NCBI GenBank assembly: GCA_964016885.1 | Contig: OZ024765.1 | Location: 4,526,001-4,590,000 of the forward strand | Direction of reading: 5' to 3' | Origin: Eledone cirrhosa | Taxonomy: Eukaryota | DNA: 64,000 nucleotides | In this document: piece by piece, positions 13,762-27,201 of the stretch | Position numbering within the stretch: the first letter of the stretch is position 1 | How the letters are laid out: each line of letters opens with the position of its first letter | The notes under the pieces: generated by a model | What the model was told of the DNA's origin: nothing | Seen by the model: the letters and a program-made list of their open reading frames with translations, nothing else | The model's database searches: none | Translations under genes and position numbers: made by a program

Positions 13762-14432
13762 GGAGGCACATGGCTTAGTGGTTAGAGCATTGGCCTTGCA
13801 ATCGAAAGGTTGTGAGTTCAATTCTCAGAACGGGTGATGTGTTGTTTCCTTGAGCAAGACACTTTATTTCACATTGCTCCAGTTCACTCAGCTGTAATAA
13901 TGAGATGATAGGGACTGGGTGTCCCTATCATTCCACTGCAAAGTGGTCGTGGAGGTGCCACGGCAAAAAAGCACCCAGCACTCACTGTATAGTGGACGTG
14001 GAGGTGCCACGGAAAAAAAGCACCCAGCGCACACTGTAAAGTGGACATGGAGGTGCCATGGAAAAAAAGCACCCAGCACACACTGTAAAGTGGACATGGA
14101 GGTGCTATGGAAAAAAAGCACCCAGCACACACTGTAAAGTGGACATGGAGGTGCTATGGAAAAAAAGCACCCAGCGCACACTGTAAAGTGGACATGGAGG
14201 TGCTATGGAAAAAAAGCACCCAGCACTAACTGTAAAGTGGACATGGAGGTGCCACGGCAAAAAAGCACCCAGCCCACTGTAAAGTGGACGTGTAGGCGCC
14301 GCGGAAAAAAAGCACCCAGCACTCACTGTAAATGAGGTTGGTGTTAGGAAGGGGGGCATCCAGCTGTAGAAATCAAGCCAGAACCAGTTCCCGTCCCATC
14401 CTTGCAAGCAGGGAAAAGTGGACGTAAAATGA
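13762..14432 (+). mobile_element. SINE family B with an internal ~49-50-bp unit expanded to ~8 copies
   Basis: Same head and tail as 10393; unit GTGGACATGGAGGTGCTATGGAAAAAAAGCACCCAGCACACACTGTAAA. Confidence 0.92.
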
Positions 14433-14658
14433 ATCTTTAAAATGAAGTTTTGGTTTTGTAACAACTGACAAGCGAAGCAGTTTGGTATGAAAATATTTAA
14501 AGTGGAATTGGTGAAGGTGGCCAGAATCATGGCAAAATTTCTGTTTGGCAGAATTCCAAACCAACCATTGTTTGGAGATAATTATTGTAGCTAATAGATA
14601 AATATGTTATAGAAAAAAACCCCCCTGAAATTCTTAAAACTTTTAACATTAATATTGG

Positions 14659-14695
<37 letters not shown>

Positions 14696-15470
14696 GTGTA
14701 CATACATACGTACATATATACATACATGTGTACATAAATATATACATATAAACATACATGCGTACATACATATATACTTGCGTACATACATACAAACAAA
14801 TATACGTACATACATATGCGTGTAAATACATATATACATACATTCAGCTAAACACATATACATATACATACACACATACCCACACATGTGCATACATATG
14901 CAGTTACACACACACAGGTATATAAACACAAGCACAGACACATACATACATACACAGTTACATACATACAAGTATATACACACATATACATACATAGAGT
15001 TACATACAATTACTTACACACACACATATACATACATACAAACAATTACATACAATTACTTACACACACACATATACATACAAACAGTTACATACAATTA
15101 TTTACACACACACACAGACATACATACACAGTTACATGCAAGTATATACACCCACACACAGACACACATACATAGTTACATACACACTAGTATATACACT
15201 TACTCATAAAATATTGGTTTTTTTTTTGTTTGTATGTTTTTCATTGCTGTTGTTTTTTTATATATATTTACCCCACCCCCAGCCTCACCCCCAGCCCCCT
15301 GTATAGATGTTAGAATCTCCTGGGTAACATTAGTGGTTGGAGGTTGGACATAACGAAAATATTCTAGCAGGAATCAGATAAAATGGATGGAATATATATA
15401 ACAAAAGTGTATATATATATATATATATATATAAATGAAAGGTATATATATATACACATATATATATGTA

Positions 15471-15502
<32 letters not shown>

Positions 15503-15683
15503 CACATATATATATGTATGTGTGTGTGTATATATATAATATACACACACATATATATATGTGTGTGTATGTGTGTGTGTGTACATATATATATGTGTGT
15601 GTGTGTGTATATATATATGTGTGTGTGTGTATATATATATGTGTGTGTGTGTATATATGTGTGTGTGTGTGTGTGTATATATA

Positions 15684-15751
<68 letters not shown>

Positions 15752-16061
15752 CATATATATATACTCACACATATATATATATGAACATATATATATATAT
15801 ATACATACATACAATATATGTGTGTATATATATATACATATATTTATTAGCTGCAAGTTGAAATCTGAAAGTTTTCATATCAATGTCGATCTTGTTTCTT
15901 ATATTTATATATATGTGTGTGTATATATATATATGTATGTGTGTATGTATGTATGTATATAGATATATATATATATATATACATACATATATATATGTAT
16001 ATATATATATATATGCATATATATAAATACATATATATATACATACATATATATATGTATA

Positions 16062-16092
<31 letters not shown>

Positions 16093-16509
16093 GCATATAT
16101 ATAAATACATATATATATATATATGTATGTATATATATATTGTATATATATTGATTTATAAACACATACATATTTCTTCTTTAAAAAGCAACAAAAATAA
16201 AATTAAAAAAAATAGGTTTTATTTATTTAAATGGTTGTTTTAACTATTAATAATCTATTTCTTCTGAATCGCTTCATTTTACTGAGAAAAACATTAATCT
16301 TTTAGGTTTGCAACATGTTAGCCATTTTATAATGGAAACATATTTTAAAACATGTTTCTCTCTCAGAGAAAATCTTATTTGTGTTATTTGATATCTTAAT
16401 TATCATGAAATCATTCCAGTGATAACTCTCGTTTACCAATGTCTCATTAGTAAGAAATGTTTAAAGAATCTTTATTGTCTTAAATTGCTCATCTTCGTCT
16501 TTTTTAAAT

Positions 16510-16895
16510 AGTTGATCAGTGTTGGCAATATGATGGCTGTAGTGTTTAATGTGTTTAGTTGTAGGTGTTTAGGACTGGGACGTCATATATACCAGGACTA
16601 GTTGACCAGTGTTGACAATATGGTGGCTGTAGTGTTTAATGTGTTTAGTTTTAGGTGTTTAGGACTGGGACGTCATATATACCAGGACTAGTTGACCAGT
16701 GTTGACATTATGATGGCTGTAGTGTTATAATGTGTTTAGTTGTAGGTGTTTAGCACTGGGACGTCATATATACCAGGACTAGTTGACCAGTGTTGACAAT
16801 ATGATGGCTGTAGTGTTATAATGTGTTTAGTTGTAGGTGTTTAGGACTGGGACGTCATATATACCAGGACTAGTTGACCAGTGTTGACAATATGG
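16510..16895. repeat. 90-91-bp minisatellite, ~4.3 copies
   Basis: GTTGACCAGTGTTGACAATATG...GGACTGGGACGTCATATATACCAGGACTA. Confidence 0.95.
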
Positions 16896-17283
16896 TAGCC
16901 AACTCTGTGCTGATGGGGGTGAGTAGGGGGAGGGGGCTGTTCTTAGGGCCAAGGATGCCAAGTAATGAAATAATCATAATTTAATAAATCCCTCGAAATT
17001 CTTCATTAAATTTTTCCAACATAATTTTATATAAGATCGATAGTTACTATCTTAACTATAATAAAGGGAGGAGTGTGGGGCTGGGTCCAGAATATATTTT
17101 TTTACCCCGTTTGTAAAATAAGTTGGATTACTTTGAATAAATAATGAATGGATATTACATAATTTATCTACTAAATTTCGTGGCTGTTGATTAAATATAT
17201 TTCATAGCTTATTTAAAGATTCACTTCCTTAAAATTGTCAAATGTCAACACTTCCGGTTAGCGGCCGTCATATTATAACACTT

Positions 17284-17472
17284 AGGGCGGTGGATTGGCA
17301 GTATCGGTAGAGAATCGGACGCCACTCTTTCTAGCATAGTTACGTCCCTTTATGTTCTGAGTTCAAATCCCGCCGAGGTTTACTTTGCCTTTCATCCTTA
17401 CGGGGTCGATAAAATAAAGTACCAGTAATGCACTGGATAATTGCTGGCCTTGTGCCTAAAGTAGAAACAGTT
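17284..17472 (+). mobile_element. SINE family A, full length
   Basis: A and B boxes, GCCTTTCATCCTTACGGGGTCGATAAAATAAAGTACC domain, 3' end GGCCTTGTGCCTAAAGTAGAAAC. Confidence 0.9.
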
Positions 17473-17804
17473 ATATTATAACACTTATAATCGCATGTAT
17501 TTCCGTCACTAATTTTCTCCTAATACAGTCTATATATAATACCGTCTTTTTGTAAATGTATCATTGATTACTTTACTGATTACAGAAGACAGTGTAACAC
17601 AGTCTTTGTTCAATTTCTGTGTATATTGTCAATTACAATTTTATTTACATGCATATATATTTGTGTATAATATCAATATACATACTACACATGCTAGCAG
17701 AAAACCACCCGACGGGTGGTCTTCTGCTAGTCTTAGTAATGAAATAATAATAATTTTAGTATAAATCCTCAAAATTCTTCATTAACTGAAATACAGCTTC
17801 CTAT

Positions 17805-18245
17805 TTAACACTTTAGCATTTACATTACTCTATATATACTATTATGTTTTTATGGTAGAGTCTTTATCTCACATAATATTGAATCTATAAGATTTTGATA
17901 TTATTTATGTTGAGAATAATACCTGAACGTCAGTATGAGTGGCTGGTTACTGCCAGTTTGAACAGAAAGAGGTGAGAGAATTCTGGCCAGATATGGCCAG
18001 TTTAAATGCTAAAGGTTTAACCCTTTAGCATTTACATTACTCTATATTTACTATTGTATTTTTGTAGTAAAGGCTTTACCTTACTTAATTATCTCGCATA
18101 ATATTGAATCTATGAGATTTTGATGTTATTTATTTTGAGAACAATACCATAACATCAGTATGAGTGGCCAGTTATGGCCAGTTTGAACAGAAAGAGGTGA
18201 GAGAATTCTGGCCGGATATGGCCAGTTTAAATGCTAAAGGTTTAA
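17805..18245 (+). mobile_element. Tandem dimer of piggyBac-type MITE family 1 sharing a central TTAA (18017-18020)
   Basis: TTAA-C(C/A)CTTTAGCATTTA...TAAATGCTAAAGGT-TTAA twice; ~210-220 bp each. Confidence 0.9.
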
Positions 18246-18836
18246 ATAATATATTGCTGTCAACATTTCATGCTGTAAAATCAAGCAATGGCCCTGCAAT
18301 CTGTCCTAGGAGGCTTGGTATGGATGCACAAAGATTACATAACATGAGACCCAAAGAGGGTTTGAAAAGGAGCAAACTGTAACAATTAGACCCTGATTAA
18401 ATAAAGATCTTCCATAACAAAAACCATATATAGAGATATTATCTAAATAATGAAATCATTAATAATTTTTGTACAAATCCCAGATGACTGTTCATTAATT
18501 AATTAAAATATAGTAACGAAAGGTTTAAAATTAATTACATTTGTATATCGTTTTCAAAATTAATTCATTTTAGAAATTCAGACAGCCCATTTTTGAAAAA
18601 TGTATATTTTTTAATATATATTTCTATATTTTTATTATTATATTTTTAAAATTGTACATTTATATTTATGGTTTTAAAATGTTTTATATATAATATACAT
18701 ACATATATTTATATGTACACACATATTTATACATGCATACATATAAACACACGCACACATATATATACATATATATATACATATATATACATACATATTT
18801 ATGCATGCATACATACACACACATATATACATATGA

Positions 18837-18873
<37 letters not shown>

Positions 18874-18893
18874 TACACACATACATACATACA

Positions 18894-18928
<35 letters not shown>

Positions 18929-18975
18929 TTCAATACATTATATATATAAATATTTATATATCTGAATACATTGTG

Positions 18976-19008
<33 letters not shown>

Positions 19009-19574
19009 GTTCACCCACATATTATATATGTTAATTGAAACTCAACTAAATTGAAATCAATCATGAAGGTTTGAGCTTCATTAGAAGTTGTCATGAATTG
19101 TTCAATGATGCACAACTTTTAGAGAAATGAAGACCATCTGTGTATAAATGGCTGAATTATCTAGTCACACTCTTGCCTAATAATGTGTAGAATAACTGAC
19201 GACAGACTTGCTATGTAAGTCGCTTGACTAACTTGAAAACTAGCAACTCAGCTATACAGAACCAGGTTAAATTAATTCTTAACATCCTCTACCACATAAC
19301 ACCACATTAGTAAGACCTTGAAAAATATAATATAACACTATGACTGCCTCACATTAAATATTAAAGTCTTTACTGTAATATCCCAAATTCTGACAACAAT
19401 CTGTCCACTAGTAAAGATATTATAAACATTTGAATTAACATACCACATGGAACCACCACTTCACCTTGGAGGGCTTTGTTGTATGTTATTTATATTTAGA
19501 GGTTTATGATAACAAACTTTCATTGTTTTATGGTTTGACCTTCCCCCAAACATCTGCTTTCTTGATAATGACCT

Positions 19575-19718
19575 TAAGCAGATGTTTGGCAAGCAGCCTG
19601 TTACAGATCAACAGATGTTTGGCAAATAGCCTGCTACAGATTAACAAATGTTTGGCAAATAGTCTGCTACAGATCAACAGATGTTTGGCAAATAGCCTGC
19701 TACAGATTAACAGATGTA
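19575..19718. repeat. 33-bp minisatellite, ~4 copies
   Basis: CAGATGTTTGGCAAATAGCCTGCTACAGATTAA. Confidence 0.9.
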
Positions 19719-19979
19719 ATCTTTTAAAACAGACAACAAACAAACAAGCAAACAAATTCTATTCAATTATAATTTTTTTTACAATAGCAGCATGTCTATG
19801 AATGTGATGGTGATGGTGGTGATGATAGTGGTGATGATGATGATGATCATGGTCATGATAGTGGTGACACGGGTGGTTTTGATGGCAGTACTGATGATGG
19901 GGGCAGTGGTGGTTGCAGTAGTGCTGATGATCATAATTATATTTCTGAATCTTCGTTAAGATATGCTACAAACTTCAGT

Positions 19980-20470
19980 TTAACCCTTTAGCATTTAAAC
20001 TGGCCATAGCCAACCAGAATTCTCTCACCTCCTTCTCTTCAAACCATCCATAACCAGCAGCTCATACTTATGTTAGGGTATTGTTCTCAAAATAAATAAT
20101 ATCAAAATCTCGTAGCTTTGATATTGTGTGAGATAATTATGTGAAATAAAGTGTTTACTGGGTACAAGCTCTTCCGCAAGGACCGCATTAATTGCTGTGG
20201 TGGTGGTTTGATGGTCTACGTTCGTTCAAATTTTTCGGTAACTCCTTGCGTTGATTTGAACGAATCACAAGAAGTTTTTTTCTGTGTCATACGAATGACT
20301 ATGTCAACACTTCTGCTTGGTGTTGTTTATCGCCCCCCAAACTACCATCAGGACACAGCTTTGCGATATCCTCAGAGATGCTGCCAGGAAAACAGCCACT
20401 TATGTGTTTATTGCAGGTGACTTAAAAAAAACAAAAACAATAGTAAATATAGAGTAATGTAAAGGGTTAA
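19980..20470 (-). mobile_element. piggyBac-type MITE family 1 carrying an internal LINE fragment
   Basis: TTAACCCTTTAGCATTTAAAC...TAAAGGGTTAA; MITE body interrupted at ~20151-20423. Confidence 0.85.
20151..20423 (+). pseudogene. Internal fragment of a CR1/L2-type LINE apurinic-like endonuclease
   Basis: GYKLFRKDR...GGGLMVYV...LLGVVYRPP, then after a frameshift VFIAGDL. Confidence 0.85.
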
Positions 20471-20487
20471 TAATAAAAAGCTTAGTT

Positions 20488-21092
20488 ATAGAGTTTTCTC
20501 CCAGAATTCGTGGAGGTTACTTTCATAGAGTACCCATGGAAAGTGAAAAACCACGAATATTCAACCTGGTCCATAAAAATGCCTATAAACATCAAAACAT
20601 AACATAAAATATAGGCTGGCAAATATGGTATATTGTTATTAATAATTTAGCATTAAAAATATATCAGACTGGGTGATTTGTTGTTTCCTTGAGCAAGACA
20701 CTTTATTCCACATTGCTCCAGTTTACTCAGCTGTAGAAATGAGATGATAGGGACTGAGGTCCTATCATTCCACTGCAAAGTGGTCGTGGAGGTGCCACGG
20801 CAAAAAAGCACCCAGCACTCACTGTAAATGAGTTTGGTGTTAGGAAGGGCATCCAGCTGTAGAAATCAAGCCACAATCAGTTCCCATCCCACCCTTGCAA
20901 GCAGGGAAAAGCGGACGTAAAATAATGATGATGATGATGATGATATTGCCACATGTAAAAAGCCCCCCAAAAAATCACAAAAGATATTTATGATCCCGTG
21001 AATATGCGGTGGTTTCCACAAGCAATTATTAGTTAGGGTTCTAAGGAAAATTCCATGAATAACTGGAACCTTGAATAGCGAGGGTACACTGT
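20488..21092. mobile_element. Possible Tigger-like non-autonomous element interrupted by a SINE
   Basis: Right end GAATAGCGAGGGTACACTG-TA resembles a Tigger TIR; left end is decayed. Confidence 0.4.
20668..20945 (+). mobile_element. SINE family B, 5'-truncated
   Basis: Starts at the CORE-like segment; same RTE-type tail. Confidence 0.9.
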
Positions 21093-21099
21093 ATTACTA

Positions 21100-21430
21100 A
21101 ATCTATCCAAATCCTGTATATTTTGAAAACCAATGAGAAAGTTAGTTATAGTACTAAATCCTTTCAAATTCTTGATTATTTTCAAAATTATTTGGAAATC
21201 ATAGGCAGTATCTTTCATTAAGAATATGATAATGAAAAGGTTTAAGCTGTTTATATTTATTTAAAAACCTTCCATCCTAATTTTATGCAAAAACCTTTGT
21301 TAAGCTACATCCCAAATATCAATTAAATGATGAGAAAGTTTGTTATATTTCTAAAGCCCTCCAAATTTCAAAATTATTTGAAAACCATAGGCAGTGTCTT
21401 TCATGAGAAATATGGTAATAATGGGTTAAA
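21100..21430 (+). mobile_element. Two decayed copies of a second TTAA MITE family
   Basis: GAGAAAGTT.GTTAT...CAAAATTATTTG...TTTCAT.AGAA.TATG.TAAT.A..GG(T)TTAA repeated; further copy at ~22845-22968. Confidence 0.65.
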
Positions 21431-21522
21431 ATTCCTAATTTTATATAAGACCCTTTAGTTAACCCTTTAGTTACCAATCCTACCAAAACCAGCTCTGGTT
21501 CTATGAAATAAAATCAGCCATT

Positions 21523-22457
21523 TTAACCCTTTAGCATTCACATTATTTTATATATACTTTTATATTTTCACAGTAAAGGCTTTACCTCACATAATATTTC
21601 ACATAACATTTACATTACTCTATATATACTATTGTATTTTCACAGTAAAGGCTTTACCTCACATAATATCTCACATAACATTTACATTACTCTATATATA
21701 CTATTATATTTTCACGGTAAAGGCTTTACCTCAAATAATATCTCACATAACATTTACATTACTCTATATATACTATTGTATTTTCACAGTAAAGACTTTA
21801 CCTCACATAATATCTCACATAACATTTACATTACTCTATATATACTATTATATTTTCACGGTAAAGGCTTTACCTCAAATAATATCTCACATAACATTTA
21901 CATTACTCTATATATACTATTGTATTTTCACAGTAAAGACTTTACCTCACATAATATCTCACATAACATTTACATTACTCTATATATACTATTGTATTTT
22001 CACGGTAAAGGCTTTACCTCACATAATATCTCACATAACATTTACATTACTCTATATATACTATTATATTTTCACGGTAAAGACTTTACCTCAAATAATA
22101 TCTCACATAACATTTACATTACTCTATATATACTATTGTATTTTCACAGTAAAGACTTTACCTCACATAATATCTCACATAACATTTACATTACTCTATA
22201 TATACTATTATATTTTCACGGTAAAGACTTTACCTCACATAATATCTCACATAACATTTACATTACTCTATATATACTATTGTATTTTCACAGTAAAGAC
22301 TTTACCTCACATAATATCGAATCTATGAAATTTTGAAAGTATTTATTTTGAGAACAATACCTTAACATCAGTTTGAGCGACCAGTTATAGCCAGTTTCAA
22401 CAGAAAGAGGTAGAGAATTCTGGCCGGTTTTGGCCGGTTTGAACATTAAAGGGTTAA
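21523..22457 (+). mobile_element. piggyBac-type MITE family 1 with an internal 72-bp array (~11 copies)
   Basis: Both TTAA-flanked ends present; unit TTTACATTACTCTATATATACTATTGTATTTTCACAGTAAAGGCTTTACCTCACATAATATCTCACATAACA. Confidence 0.92.
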
Positions 22458-22622
22458 ATGTTTCCAATTTAAATTAAGATCTAAAATAATTTTATATAAG
22501 AACCTTACAATAATTTACTGTCTTAGTAATGAAATAATTAATAATTTTAGTGAATCCATCAAAATTCTTCATTAATTAAATGAAATAGAGTGTTTTTCAT
22601 TAGAAATGCGATCATAAAAGGA

Positions 22623-22843
22623 TTGACCCTTTCACATTACTCTATATTTACTATTGTATTTTCACTGCAACAGCTTTATCTTACATATTCATCTCATATA
22701 ATATTGAATCTAAGAAATGTTTGTTATTTAGTTTGAGAACAATACCTTAATGTAGGTATGAGGGACCAGTTATAGCCAGTTTAAACAGAAAGAGGTGAGA
22801 GAATTCTGGCCAGATATGGCTGGTTTAAATGCTAAAGGGTTAA
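22623..22843 (+). mobile_element. piggyBac-type MITE family 1, single-unit copy
   Basis: Right end TTTAAATGCTAAAGGGTTAA; left end decayed. Confidence 0.8.
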
Positions 22844-23749
22844 GCTATTCCAAATATCAATTAAATGATGAGAAAGTTAGTTATGTTACTAAATCCCTCC
22901 AAATGTCAAAATTATTTGAAAGCCAGAGGCAATGTCTTTCATTAGAAATATGGTGATGAATGGGTGAAAGATAGAATGTTGAAATAAACTGTTAGAAATA
23001 TGGATTTATGTCATAATAATAGTAAAAAAAAATTTAGCCTGACTTGGTCTATTATTATCTCTCATTTAAGAAAGATTAACCGAATATTTATTTTCAAGCT
23101 TCAGCAACTGCTTGGCCATATTCTAACTTTCATCTTTGTTTCCAAGAATCTATTTTGGTATCACCAGAGCATATACCTCTTTAACAGACAGTTTTAGAGT
23201 TTCTGGGAGACTTTGACAGCAGATATTAAGCATCACTGGCTAAAAACAGGATATGAGCTTTAGAAGCCAGCCATATTTGTCTGTTGGTGCTATAAATTAT
23301 GGCCAAATTTGGCTGGGAAATATTTGAAATATTCTTAAAAGAGATGAAGTATCAATATGGCAGAACTAAATATAGCATGGTTCTTAGAAACGTTGCTCCA
23401 ATCAGCAGCACCCATTCCTTGCCTCAGCCACATCCTTGCTACTCACAATTGCCTTGTACATATATACAGTCATTCATACATACATACATAAAACATTCCA
23501 AAAATTTTGCATCTAATAACTGCATATACACATGTAAAGATACAAAGCATATACACGTGCACACATACAACTCAAAACATACACCTCCACACACAAAAAC
23601 ATCCATATCTACATACACATGCATGCAGACATACATACATATCTTCCTAGTTGATGTTGTGTAAATTCCAATGAGAGAGTCTTGTGTCTATGTTAGAAAC
23701 CGACTCTCTCTCTATTGGGGAAAACTTTGTGAAATTATAAAACCAGAAG

Positions 23750-24112
23750 AACATACATACATAATGGCTTTCCCCTCGTTATCGAGTATGACCATTGCAC
23801 GATATACCATTATTAATAATTATTAATTAATTCTATCGTGCAATGCCTGTGCGTGAAGATATTTTTTAAAGTGACGAAAGACTGTGCACTGAGCCAATCC
23901 CACTCTCTGAGCGACAGTAGCTATAACCCGAAAAGAAGAAAAGATCAACATCATCGGTAACTACTGAGCCGCAGGTTTTATATCGGAGTTATCCCAGTTT
24001 CCTGAGTTGCCTTCTCCTAGAAGAATGCCCTGACAAAGGCTAGGGGTCCTTCACTCCCAGTGGTTTAACTGTGCGATCGGGTATCCAGCCCGACTATTTC
24101 TATGTCCCCGCG
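23750..24112 (-). mobile_element. Probable RTE-related non-autonomous retroelement with (TATG)n tail
   Basis: Higher GC; - strand CTAGGAGAAGGCAACTC resembles RTE 5' UTR motifs; no ORF. Confidence 0.35.
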
Positions 24113-24492
24113 CATATACATACACATGTACCCATGTATATACACATATACATATGTACATATATATTTACACACTTTTGGATGGTCGTTGACTCTTATG
24201 AGTTCTTCCGCCCTTTGTCAGGTTTTGTTTTTTGTCCTGCAGGGTGTCCAAAATCACTCTCCTCACCAGGTAAACTTGGTGGGGTTGCCAGTTTACTCGC
24301 CAATGACCCGACCATGTGACAGGTTGTATTGGGTTACATGTTAGCAGCAGCACTGAAGAGCGACCTGACATATATACATACATATGGTTATACGTGCAGT
24401 CATCTATGCATACATACAACTCATTGTTCATGGTGATAATGATGTATGTGTGATGGTGGGTGCATATAGATGTATGTGTATATATATATATA

Positions 24493-24935
24493 GGAGCCAC
24501 ATGGCTTAGTGGTTAGAGCATTGGCCTTGCAATCGAAAGGTTGTGAGTTCAATTCTCAGACCGGGTGATGTGTTGTTTCCTTGAGCAAGACACTTTATTT
24601 TACATTGCTCCAGTTTACTCAGCTGTAGAAATGAGATGATAGGGACTGAGGTCCCTATCATTCCACTGCAAAGTGGTCGTGGAGGTGCCACGGCAAAAAA
24701 GCACCCAGCACTCACTGCAAAGTGGTCGTGGAGGTGCCACGGCAAAAAAGCACCCAGCACTCACTGCAAAGTGGTTGTGGAGGTGCCACGGCAAAAAAGC
24801 ACCCAGCATCACTGTAAATGAGGTTGGTGTTAGGAAGGGCATCCAGCTGTAGAAATCAAGTCAGAATCAGTTCCCGTCCTACCCTTGCAAGCAGGGAAAA
24901 GCGGACGTAAAATGAAATGATGATGATGAAATGAT
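24493..24935 (+). mobile_element. SINE family B with three copies of the 50-bp unit
   Basis: Full head and tail; unit repeated at ~24665-24815. Confidence 0.92.
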
Positions 24936-25194
24936 ATATATATATTTATCAAAGTCCTCGTCAAATTTTTAATATGTTACCTCCATAGCTATGCGTGTTT
25001 ACACTCTTTACAAATTATCCCCCTGTCAATGTTTGATATGTTTATTTTATATATATATTTGCCAATCGAGTTTTAATCTAAATTTTAATAAATGCTCGGA
25101 TTTATTCCTTAGAATCTTTGTGCTTCTTCTACTGATGGCATGACACATGTTTCTGATAGTGTCAGACATGACATCTTTAATTTAATTTTGTTAG

Positions 25195-25231
<37 letters not shown>

Positions 25232-25345
25232 AAAGAGAGAGAGAGAGAGACATAGACGGGTTGATAGATGGATAGGTAGATATAAATATATGGGTGGGTG
25301 TATATATATATATATATATATATAAAAATATATATATAAATATAT

Positions 25346-25428
25346 ATGTGGAGAGATGCTGTGCTGAATAAGACCCGTCCCACCCTTGCAAGCAGGGAAA
25401 AGCGAACGTAAAATGATGATGATGATGA
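25346..25428 (+). mobile_element. Very short RTE 3'-end insertion
   Basis: Matches 26348-26430. Confidence 0.85.
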
Positions 25429-25462
25429 TAAATATATATATATATATAAATATATATATATA

Positions 25463-25514
<52 letters not shown>

Positions 25515-25519
25515 TATAA

Positions 25520-25552
<33 letters not shown>

Positions 25553-25962
25553 ATTTCTTTACAAACAGCAGAGAATTTGAAAATTAGCTAGTGAAATAGA
25601 GCTTCCGTCATATTTTTGAGTAATGTAAATGTTACGTGAGATAATTATGTGAGGTAAAGCATTTACCATGAAAATATAATAGTATATATAGAGTAATGTG
25701 AATGCTAAAGAGTAGCCCCTTCTGTATTTGAATGAAATATATACAAATCAATTAATGTATTAAACGTTGGTTATTTATTTATTCAATTATATATATACTC
25801 TGTGAGTTTTATAAAACTACTATTACTGGATATTTACAAACTCTTAATTGTCTTTTACCAATCTTACTGAGGATAATAAAATCACATTTGAGCTTTGAAT
25901 ATATCTCTGCCTTAAACAGTTGTATTATCAAGTCATTTAATCTACCTTATAATATATATATA

Positions 25963-26432
25963 TTATGATGCCTGTGTGAGGAGCGTGATGCTGCATGGTA
26001 GTGAGACATGGGCAGCAACTGCAGAGGATATGCGACGGCTGGAGAGAAATGAGGCAAGCATGCTCCGTTGGATGTGCAGTGTAAATGTGCGTGAACGACC
26101 CAGCATAAATGTGTTGAGAGAGAAACTGTGTCTGAGAGGGATAGAATGTAGTGTACGGGAGAGGAGACTGAGGTGGTATGGACATGTGATGCGCATGGAG
26201 GATGACCGATGGGTGAAGAAGTGCCAGGAAATGCCAGTTGAAGGAAGACGTGGTAGAGGTAGACCACGAAAAACATGGGCGGAGGTGGTGAGAACAGACC
26301 TCAGATCATTGAAGCTCACGGTGGAGATGACGAGGGACCGTGATGAGTGGAGAGATGCTGTGCTGAATAAGACCCGTCCCACCCTTGCAAGCAGGGAAAA
26401 GCGGACGTAAAATGATGATGATGATGATGATA
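25963..26432 (+). mobile_element. Young 5'-truncated RTE LINE (open ORF C-terminus)
   Basis: VRSVMLHGSETWA...RRLRWYGHVMRM...GRGRPRKTW...DRDEWR; no stops; (ATG)n tail; tail duplicated at 26449-26500. Confidence 0.95.
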
Positions 26433-26704
26433 TATATATATATAGATAGGACCCGTCCCACCCTTGCAGGCAGGGAAAAGCGGACGTATGATGATGATGA
26501 TATATATATATATATATATATTTAATATAGAAATGGCTTCTACAGGACTAGAACTGTTTCATTTAAAGGAAATGATCAGGAAACCTTTCCGATGATTTCC
26601 TTTATTTATACTCTATGTATTAAGTACCTTACTTACTGTGGTAACTTCCGATTGAACCCAGGATACACACTCCCACATATATATATATACACACACACAC
26701 ACAG

Positions 26705-26956
26705 ACGTGTAGGTGTCACAACAAAAAAACACACAGTCCACGCTGTAATGTGGCCGTGTAGGTAACACAGTAAAAACCTCTCCCAGTCCACACTGTAAAA
26801 GTGGTTGGTGTTAGGAAGGGAATCCAGCCGTAGAAAACTTGCCAGACAGTCCTATACGAGCGAGACATGGTCACCTGACTAATCTTGCCTCAAGTAGGAC
26901 AACTCCTGTCTAAACCCATGCTAGCATAGAAGATAGACGTTAAACAATGATGATAA
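26705..26956 (+). mobile_element. 3'-UTR-only copy of the RTE at 503-1130
   Basis: Reverse-complement homology to ~505-760. Confidence 0.8.
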
Positions 26957-26978
26957 TTATATATGTTTCTCTCTCTCT

Positions 26979-27033
<55 letters not shown>

Positions 27034-27095
27034 TTTAAGTTTGGTGGTTCACTCTCATTTTACTCAATAATACATAAATATATATTATATATATA

Positions 27096-27201
<106 letters not shown>

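Noticed and set aside
26535-26610. Hammerhead on the - strand
   Set aside because: Core reads CTGATCA and there is no stem I.
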